Assembly (NCBI GenBank): GCA_001600695.1
Contig: BCKQ01000006.1
Coordinates: 992,864 to 1,044,132 of the forward strand
From: Ascoidea asiatica JCM 7603
Taxonomy: Eukaryota; Fungi; Ascomycota
Reading direction: 5' to 3'
Length of the DNA: 51,269 nucleotides
The position numbers and the translations under genes are program-made. A model generated the notes under the pieces. It saw only the letters and a program-made list of their open reading frames with translations. It did no database searches and was not told where the DNA came from. Below are positions 42,276 to 51,269 of this stretch, in pieces. Numbering within the stretch: position 1 is the stretch's first letter; each line of letters starts with the position of its first letter.

Positions 42276-43287
42276 GTGGTGAGTGCAGAGTGGTGGTCTT
42301 CCGCCTATTTCACGCTACCGCCCATAATTCTAATTCAATTCTGCTCTGCAATAGTAATGCTACTCACTCTACTTCTCTGCTTCTCTACACTAAGAACCTT
42401 ACACTTAACTCAAAACTGCTACCTATCAGCTTTTCTTCCAACAGTGTAAACATTATCAAGAAAAAAAAAAAGGAGGATAGTAGTAGTTGTAGTAATATGA
42501 TAGATATACTCTAATAATTTTTAATATATTTCTTTAATTCGATTTCACTCTTACAATAATCTCACCTTTCACTTTATTACTTATCTCAATATTTATTTCA
42601 ATAATATAATATCAATAATATAATATTAATAATATCAATCCATTCATCACTATCAAAATAAAATCAATTCATATATTTTGCTTAATATTGTGTATCAATT
42701 ATCCTTTTCCTCAATTAATTCCTGCCTTTTATATTTACTTGTTGATTTGGTATAATATAACTAATTTATTTTATGATCACAAATTATATATAATAATATA
42801 TTACTTTAATTCAAGAATATTCATAAATATCCATTAATATCCATTAATATCCATAAATATCCATAACCAAATCATTGGTTATTTATTATACTATTAATTT
42901 TATTGTAGATTGTCTGTTCTTTTGGTTTTCAATATATACTATAACTTATCCATTTATATTTTCAATCTATTTTAAATTATACTTAATCAATTTTCATCTT
43001 CAATCTTTATTAACTGATATAACTTTCAAAAATAAAATCAGTAACTAATTATTCATTTCTAAGATAATAATCAATTCAAATTACATAATAGCATTAATTC
43101 AAAACTTTTTTTTTTTTTTGTTTTTCTTTTGTTTTACCATAACTTTTGAAATTTTAAAAAACTATCACTTTAGTTCTTTATCAATATTCATATTTTTGTA
43201 TATTATTGAATTATATTATCATTATATTATCTTTATATTATCATTATACTATCATTATATCTTTTTTTTATAATATAAAATAGAATT

Positions 43288-45063
43288 ATGTCAAAAATAC
43301 AAGATAGTACTGACTTAAATCAAGTTTGGAAATTTTCTCAATGCTTTGGTGATAAAGGTGATGTTGAAAATGTAACTGAAGCTGATATTATATCTACTGT
43401 TGAATTTGATCATACTGGTGATTATCTCGCCACTGGTGATAGAGGTGGTAGAGTTGTTTTATTTGAAAGAAATAAAGCTAGAAAAAATTGTGAATATAGA
43501 TTTCATACTGAATTTCAATCTCATGATGCTGAATTTGATTATTTAAAATCTCTTGAAATTGAAGAAAAAATTAATAAAATTAAATGGTGTAAAAGATCAA
43601 ATCAAGCTCATTTTTTATTATCAACAAATGATAAAACTATTAAATTATGGAAAATTTATGAAAAATCAATAAAAGTTGTTTCTGAAGCAAATTTAAATGA
43701 TAATAATAATAATATATCCTTATTAAACAATAATTTATATAATAACAATAATATTAATAATAATAATAATACTCAACTACCTCAATCTCAAATAAATTTA
43801 GATAAATTAAATAAACTTCTCATAGATAATTTATCTGCTTATACAAATCATTCTCCTTTTAATTCATTAAATTCTTCAATTTCTTCTTCAGATTCAAATA
43901 AATCAAATAATCCTTTATTATCTTTAAGTCGCCTACATTTACCAAGATTAGAAATTCAAGATACAATCATAGCCGCTGCTCCAAGAAGAATATTTGCAAA
44001 TGCTCATTCTTATCATATTAATTCAATTTCTTTAAATTCTGATAGTGAAACTTTTATTTCTTGTGATGATTTAAGAATTAATTTATGGAATTTAGGAATT
44101 GCAAATCAAAGTTTTAATATAGTTGATATTAAACCTGTAAATATGGAGGAATTAACAGAAGTTTTAACTTGTGCTGCTTTTCATCCATTATCATGTAATT
44201 TATTTATGTATTCTTCTTCTAAAGGTACAATAAAATTAGCTGATATGAGAGAAAATGCATTTTGTGATTCAAAAACAAAAGTTTTTGAAGAACATATAAA
44301 TCCTGCTACACATAATTTTTTTACTGAAATTACTAGTTCAATATCTGATGTTAAATTTTCAAATGATGGTAAATATATTGTTAGTAGAGATTATATGACA
44401 GCGAAAATTTGGGATATTAGAATGGAAAATAAACCAATTAGAACAATAAATATTCATGATCAGTTGAGAGAAAAATTATGTGATGTTTATGAAAATGATG
44501 CAATATTTGATAAGTTTGAATGTGTATTTTCTGGTGATAGTAAATCTATAATGACTGGTTCATATGATAATAATTTTATGATTTATCCAAATGCTGTTAA
44601 TACTTCAAATCCAGATCCTGTAATTAATAAGAAAAAGGACAATTTTGATGAGCAGAAAAATCGTACAGTAATTTCATTAAATGATAATGCAATTAATAAT
44701 ACTACTAATAATAATAATAATACTAATAACACTAATAATACTAATAATAATAATAATAATTTAAGCAGAAATTCATATTTAGATGAAAATGATGCTTTTG
44801 AAGATGGAGAAGAAGATGGAGATGAAGATTTTCCAGAGATTTTATTGCAAGCAGATAAATCTGCTTTTAAAGCTAAAAAAGTTGGTGTTCCAATGACTAG
44901 AAGGCAAAGAGAATTAAATAATAATACTAATAGTATAGCAAGGAATCTAAATTCTAATTCAATTGATTTTAAGAAGAGTATACTACATTATTCATGGCAT
45001 CCAAGAGAAAATTCAGTAGCAATCGCTGCCACCAATAATTTATATATATTTTCAACTCTATGA
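43288..45063 (+). CDS. CDC55: PP2A B55 regulatory subunit
   Basis: [97 protein letters not shown]; two Asn-rich inserts. Confidence 0.98.
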   Translation: MSKIQDSTDLNQVWKFSQCFGDKGDVENVTEADIISTVEFDHTGDYLATGDRGGRVVLFERNKARKNCEYRFHTEFQSHDAEFDYLKSLEIEEKINKIKWCKRSNQAHFLLSTNDKTIKLWKIYEKSIKVVSEANLNDNNNNISLLNNNLYNNNNINNNNNTQLPQSQINLDKLNKLLIDNLSAYTNHSPFNSLNSSISSSDSNKSNNPLLSLSRLHLPRLEIQDTIIAAAPRRIFANAHSYHINSISLNSDSETFISCDDLRINLWNLGIANQSFNIVDIKPVNMEELTEVLTCAAFHPLSCNLFMYSSSKGTIKLADMRENAFCDSKTKVFEEHINPATHNFFTEITSSISDVKFSNDGKYIVSRDYMTAKIWDIRMENKPIRTINIHDQLREKLCDVYENDAIFDKFECVFSGDSKSIMTGSYDNNFMIYPNAVNTSNPDPVINKKKDNFDEQKNRTVISLNDNAINNTTNNNNNTNNTNNTNNNNNNLSRNSYLDENDAFEDGEEDGDEDFPEILLQADKSAFKAKKVGVPMTRRQRELNNNTNSIARNLNSNSIDFKKSILHYSWHPRENSVAIAATNNLYIFSTL

Positions 45064-45617
45064 ACTGCTTTTACATTAATGAATCAAATCTTAAAAATTA
45101 TAAATATATCTTTTACTTTACTTTACCTTACTTTACTTTTCTCCATAATTTTCATTTTCTAATAATTAATTTTTAAAACTTTTCCACAATTTCATGTTAT
45201 GAAAAAAAACAGAAAAAAAAAGAAGATATATTTGATGAATACTCTTGGTAGAAAATATCATATAGTTTATAGAAAAAAAAAAAAAAAAAAAAGTGAAGTC
45301 AATTCAATTGATATACAATATATTAATTTCAGTAGTGATATAGATGTATATAATTTACGTATTAATGATTCTTCTTTTTAATTACCATTTTATCATATAA
45401 ACTACTACCAATAATATAGATCTTTGTTAATTCATCTGAATTTTGATTAAATTTTTGTACTGTAGCTAATTTTTTTGATGTTGATGAATATATTTGAATA
45501 CTTAATATTATTAGTAAAAGAGAAATAATTTTACAAAAGCGATGGATTAAGAAATTAAAAATTAATTTTCTAATAGATTAAAGGATAAATTAAATGTAGA
45601 TTCTAAAATTGTTCTAA

Positions 45618-46037
45618 TTAATAACGAGGTGGATTTCTATTAATTTTATCATTCCAGAAAAGAGTTTTATCACCATCACCCCAAAAGTATTTTTTATTTC
45701 TAATATTTTGAAATTCATATTGTTTTGGCCAGTCTTCATCAGAAATCTTTGCTTTTTCTTCCATATGATGAGAATGTTCTTTTTCAACAAAATATGTGTT
45801 TACAGCACATAAAGCAATGGAAGGCATGGCAACAAACCAAGTTATTTTTTTCCAGAAACTTGAAGTTCCTTCAGCATGATGTTCAGTAGCTTTTAAAGAA
45901 CTAATAAATTCTTCAGCAGCTTTTTTATCAGCAGCACCAAAAGCAGGTTCATTTGCCCAAGATGGTAAAGTATGGTTCTGACGAACAATTTGACGAGAAG
46001 CAACAGCTACTCTTTTTGATACAGTATTTGAAAACAT
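45618..46037 (-). CDS. COX13: Cytochrome c oxidase subunit VIa, 139 aa
   Basis: HHAEGTSSFWKKIT.FVA.P, EKEH..H, YEFQNIRNK.YFWGDGDKTLFWN; ATG at 46037. Confidence 0.96.
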   Translation of the reverse strand: MFSNTVSKRVAVASRQIVRQNHTLPSWANEPAFGAADKKAAEEFISSLKATEHHAEGTSSFWKKITWFVAMPSIALCAVNTYFVEKEHSHHMEEKAKISDEDWPKQYEFQNIRNKKYFWGDGDKTLFWNDKINRNPPRY

Positions 46038-46239
46038 TATGAATATTTCTGATCTTGAAAATAAATCAGATAAATAAATAAATGAAAACAAATTTAGAAG
46101 GTTAATAAATGTAAGTAATAAATTCAAGGTTTTATCTTATTGTCACTCAGGTCTTTCAAACTTCAGTGTAGATTGAAAGAGCCATTGATATTACTATCAT
46201 ACTCTATGTAGTGAAATCAGATTATTGTTGGTGAAGCAG

Positions 46240-46246
46240 TGATTGG
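46240..46246 (-). promoter_or_regulatory. CCAAT box (Hap2/3/5 complex) upstream of COX13
   Basis: TGATTGG (CCAATCA on minus strand) about 200 nt upstream of a respiratory gene. Confidence 0.6.
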
Positions 46247-47010
46247 CTGGAACTGAGAATCGCATGATTCCACAACCGGAAAACACAAAACACCTGACAA
46301 CCTTAGAGCGGATACGCTGCTGCGGATTATTCCGTTTATGGAATTAGAATAATCCGAGTAATGCATGTTTCTGCTGTGTTTTCCATGAACACAACTTTAC
46401 CTGCCTTGGCTTACATTCCGCCTATCCGTTTTTTTTCCACCGCCGGAACTGCAAAATAAAAGTAAACAAACAAAAACTGGAGCATTTGAACAATGAAGGA
46501 GAATAAGGCCACTCAGAATATATTTGAAAAACAAGTTATGTTAAAGTACTGTAACAGCTAGTAACTTTAAGTTAAAAGTTATCAACAAATCCTATGTACA
46601 GTGCTCGGTATTATCTGAGTAAACTTAAGATCTGAACTCCATTTCTTTTATTTCTTTTAATTCTGATAAATATATATATCAAATATAATATTAAATACCA
46701 AATCTTCAATATCATCTATCTAACATTAATTAGTTATTTTTTTTTTATGTTCCTATCAGACTCTCTTTTTCTACTATAATATTTCATTATCAAATCCTCC
46801 AGCTTTTGGCCTTCAAGATTATTATATAATACATCATTTTCTCAGGCTGAATCACCCCAATACCCCTTAGCTTAAGCATCATTATATTTTTAATTTTTAT
46901 TCAAATTAAATCATTTTCATAACAAATCAACGAAGGAAGCTAGAGTTAAAAAAATATAATAGATTTATTCTTCCTTTGGCCTTACTTTCTATATATAATA
47001 TAATCTACCT

Positions 47011-47073
47011 ATGGCACATCCTCGATTGCCTGATTTATCTTCTTTATCAGGTCCAAGATTCAACAATTTTACC

Positions 47074-47114
<41 letters not shown>

Positions 47115-50100
47115 CAATAATAATGACAATGGAAATAATTCCGATTCTTCATATTCTTCTTCTTCCTATTCTTTATCAAATCCATTAATGAGCTCTTTAC
47201 CAACTACAAATTCAAATTCAACCATACCAAGCCAAAGAAAATTAAATAATTCAAAATCTTCTGAATTATTAAATGAATTAAATAGGTTGAAATTCAATCA
47301 TCAAAAGAAGCAGAGTCTGAATGATCTTATAAATAAGAAAAATAATCTTTCTAATCTTTCAATATCAAATTCATCATCTCAAAATAGAAATAGAAATACA
47401 AATCAATCTCAATCTCAATTTCAAAGTCTTGATCCCAGTTTAAAAAATGAACTTTATTCTTTACCCAAAAAAGATAATTCAAAAGATTTTGAATTTACTT
47501 TGGAGCTTTCAAGAAATTTAATAATTCAAACAAGGCAATTAAAAGCTGAAAATTCTCAATATAAAACAAAATTAAATGATTTAAAAACTAAAAATTCAAC
47601 TTTAAACGATTTACTAAATAATCATAAATTAAAATTAAATGATTTTTTAAAAAATAATGAGATTTTAAATGATACTAATTGGCAATTGAATATAAAAATT
47701 CAAGATCAATCAATTAAAATCAATAATTTGAATAATGATAATTTAAAAAAATCAAATTTGATTAAAGATCTTGAAAATCAAAATACTAATTTAATCTCAA
47801 AATTTGATGATGTAAACTTGAATTTTTTAAATTTATCAAATAATTATAATTCTGAAAAAAAAAGCAATGAGAAAATTTTAATAAACTTAAACAGTCAAAT
47901 TAATGATTTAAATAATGAAAACGATGAATTAATCAAAAAATTAAATTATACTCAAAATAATCTAAAATTACAAGAAAAAAAAAACAGTGATTTATTAATT
48001 GATTTAGCAAAATTGAATAGTAATTCAAATACTTCAAATAATAATAATAACATAAATAATAATAATTTATTAAATCAGTTAAATGATTTAGATTCAGATT
48101 TAAATAATTCTAAAAACATTTTGGATCCAAATAATTCTCAATTTTATTCAAATTATAATTCTCCAATTAAAAATTTGCCTTCAAAAAATTTTCAATTAGA
48201 ATCTGAAACTTTGAAGTCTAATTTATCTCATGCAAATCACACAATTATTAGATTAAAAAATCATTTATTAAAAATAAAGAATCAAATACAGAATTCAGGA
48301 GTAAATTTAGATTTAAATTTTAATATCGAAAGTGATACTGATAATGATAGTGAAATTGATAATAATTTATCTGATTCTGATTTATTACTATATGGGAAAT
48401 CAAAAAAAAGAAAAAATAACTTTGAAAAATATGAGAAATTTAATAAGTTCAATTCAAATAATCCAAATCTAAATTTAAATTTAAATATAAATAAATTTAA
48501 TTTAAATCCAAGTAAAAAAAGTTCAAATTTAAGCATAAATTTAACAAATGATTTAAACTTCAATCAGCATGAAACTAATGATGATAAAGAAATTGATAAT
48601 GATAAAGAATATGAAGAATTTTCAGATAATGACGATGAAAATGATGAAGATGACTTATATGCAAATAATAATCAAGATACATCTTTTAGAAATACAAAAC
48701 ATCATTCTGATATTAATATGAATATTGATAAAAAACTTACTGTTGGCAAAAAATCAGAATCTGAGCTGTTTTTGAACTCAACTTCAATTTCTTTACTTAA
48801 TCAAAGTTCTTTGTCAAATTTTAATCAATCGATATTAAATTCTACTTCAAATACTAAAAGAAACTTATTAGATGAATTAAATGATCAGAATGACAATATC
48901 AACGATGATCTAAGTAGTAATAATAGTGATTATTCAGCTAGTCAATTAAACTTTAAGAAAAGCTTAGAGAAATATATTAAAACAAATAAATTATTGTTGT
49001 TAACTCAAGATGAATATAACAAGTTAAACAGTTCCGTCACTTTCACTAACTTGAATGAAATTCTTGAAGGCTCTACTACCGCCTCTCCTTCCGTATTAAA
49101 TATCAATGATCTTAATCAAATTCCAGAACTAGAAGAAGACGATTCTGAAGACCAAATACATGAACCCTATTCACAAGAATCAACTAATGAAGGATTATAT
49201 ACCAAAAATAACCTTATTAGAAACTCACCTGTTAAAGATGAGCTCAATAATGATGGGGCCGGTGAAAAAGATTTGAACGTAATTACATTGAAAAACGGGT
49301 CCCAGACTGGAAGCCAGAATAGTCAGGTTAAAAAATCTTCTTTAACTACAGATAATTTTAGTACAAGCAAAATGCTGATTTCTGTTCCTGAAATTTTATC
49401 TGATGCTAAAGCTAAAGATAATTGCACATTCCTCAATTCTGAAATTGAAATTCGAAAAAATGAAAATCTTTCATTGATAAAAAAAAATACAGAATTGAAG
49501 CACACCTTGAGCGATTTATCAGAGAGATTAGAACAGTGTAATAATAAAGTGAAAATTTTAGAATCAAGCAAAATTGGACTCACTTCAAAGTTTGACTTAC
49601 TCTCTGATAAAAATATTTCGCTTAGTAAACTTAATAAGGAAAATGATTTCCAGATTCATGAGCTATCTAAAGAACTAAACTTGCTCAAAACAGAGAAAAA
49701 TACTCTATTAACGGAATTAAAAGAAGGCAAAGTTCAGGCTGAAAATAAAGATTTAAGGGATTCCAATCAAAGCATTTCAGCAGATTTGCAAAAACTTAAA
49801 AATGATTATAGTAATGTTCAGCTTGATAATGATTCTTTGAAGAAATTGAATTGTGATGCTTTAAGGAAGGCAAAGGAAATAGAGACCAAGAATTTCTCTT
49901 TATCTGCTGAGTTTGAGAAACTTAAAAAGGTGAATAATTCTTTGAATGAAACATACACCAAAGTGAAACATGAGATTGAACTGTTGACTAATATAAATAA
50001 TTCAATAAAGCAGGAGAATTTATCTTTATTGGAAGAAAATAAACAAATATCTTCCATATTAAAGGAAATAAGAGCGCAAAATACATCGTTAATAAAAGAA

Positions 50101-51269
50101 AACAATGAAATGAAGTTAGAAATTATAGAGGCTAAAGATCAAAAGAGTGTTACACTAGAGGAGGTATCTTCAATCAAATCGAAACACTATCTCTTGTTGA
50201 AATCCAAGAACGATATTTCAGCAGAAAACTTATTATTGAAGAAAACAATAAATACGCTCAAAATGGAAACTCAATCTTTAACAGGATTGAGTTTGGCTGC
50301 TAATAATAAAGCAAAACTGATACTGCAATCAAATGAGGAAATGAAAGAGAAAATAGATTCTTTATCTAATTCAAACAATCGGATCTTATTAGAAGTTGAA
50401 ATATTAAAGAAGGAAAATACTGAAGTGAAAGCCGAAAATCATTTATTAACTGAGGTTAGCAATGAAACAAAATCGAAATTGATTGAAATAGAGAAAGAAA
50501 AAACAGTAATGGATATTAAGATTAATGAAATAAACGTGAAAAATACTTCATTATTAAACTCAATTAACTCAGAAAAACTTAGAAGTGAGTCATTGATTAA
50601 TAGTAATAGTGAAATTTCTGCAATTGTAAAAGATCTCAAGAGTGAGAATATTATACTAGCACAGGAAAAGAAAGATCTTAAGCAGGAAAATCATACTTTT
50701 GCTCAAAATAACAAAGCTTTAATGACTAAAATAAAAGAAATCGAGACAGAAAATGCTTCCATATTGGCTAAGAAGAATGATATTCAACTATTAGTATTTG
50801 AGCTTCAGGAAAGTATATCTTCTATGTCAAGATCTAATGATAAGATCAAAATTGAAAACGATTCATTGAAGGAAAAGAATCATGAAATGTCCTCACAGAT
50901 TATCAAACTTCAGGAAAGCAGTGCCTTGTTAATCGAAGAAAACGAAGAACTTTTGGTGAAGTTGTCTGAATATAAATCTCAAAATGCCTTATTAGTACAA
51001 GAACAAATTAGTAAAGTCTCGGAAATTCAAAAATTGACTAATGAGAACACAAAATTATGTGAGGGAAAAACTAAAGACACTTCTGAGCTCTTAGAAATTG
51101 GTAAGAAATTTTCAACATTATCCATTGTAAAAGAGAAGCTTTCAAGTCATAATAACGAGATAGAAATGCAGAATAAATCATTATTAAATGAAATGAATGA
51201 GTTAGCTACAAAATTCCAAAACTTGGAGAAAGATAGTCTATTGTTACAGACGGAACGGGAAAAACTAGA
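47011..51269 (+). CDS. NUM1: Num1/ApsA cortical dynein and mitochondria anchor, N-terminal part (ORF runs off the window end; absent from the ORF track)
   Basis: Open frame from ATG 47011 (MAHPRLPDLSS..) to the window end; FEFTLELSRNLIIQTRQL, EILNDTNWQLN, LESETLKSNLSHANHTIIRLK resemble the Num1/ApsA N-terminal coiled-coil motifs; long heptad region follows; the diagnostic PH domain would lie outside the window. Confidence 0.72.
47074..47112 (+). repeat. (AAT)13 coding poly-Asn tract
   Basis: Read directly; similar Asn/Thr/Ser tracts in CDC55, ATG38, MTF2, CDC123. Confidence 0.9.

Noticed and set aside
41744-42514. N-terminal extension of SDH5 and several short overlapping ORFs
   Set aside because: They cross promoter repeats and the GC island, have no recognisable motifs, and the internal ATG gives a normal presequence
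1555-45063. PP2A catalytic (PPH21) and regulatory (CDC55) genes as a functional cluster
   Set aside because: About 41 kb and many unrelated genes apart, each in its own ancestral synteny block
48282-50639. Minus-strand ORFs opposite NUM1, and similar antisense ORFs inside SAS10, ATG9, ATG38, NOP14 and LDB17
   Set aside because: Shadows of A-rich coding strands; Phe/Ser/Leu/Ile-rich with no family motifs

Overview
Very AT-rich eukaryotic DNA from a budding yeast (Saccharomycotina; Asn-rich low-complexity inserts and intron content are reminiscent of Ascoidea, but the species is not established). It holds about 21 protein genes plus the U2 snRNA. Several real genes are missed or broken in the ORF track: a 4-exon Mei2-like RRM protein, a 12-exon MSH5, a 2-exon YEA4 and a 3'-truncated NUM1. 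The block MSH5-SAS10-RPC53-(LDB17,U2)-ATG38-ATG9-NOP14 and the pair CDC55-COX13 match ancient yeast synteny. The most interesting signals are: (1) a fission-yeast-type Mei2 meiotic RNA-binding regulator in a budding yeast; (2) 14 of the 15 coding-region introns sit in the two meiotic genes and carry weak donors, AAG acceptors, Mer1-enhancer-like motifs and a candidate poison acceptor, suggesting a meiotic splicing switch; (3) a choline-monooxygenase-like protein that keeps its mononuclear-iron ligands but has lost the Rieske [2Fe-2S] motif; (4) a GH76 Dfg5/Dcw1 enzyme without a GPI tail but with an in-frame hydrophobic extension behind its stop; (5) an ORF-free region with a chain of same-strand intron signals. 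All calls are by eye; no searches were run.
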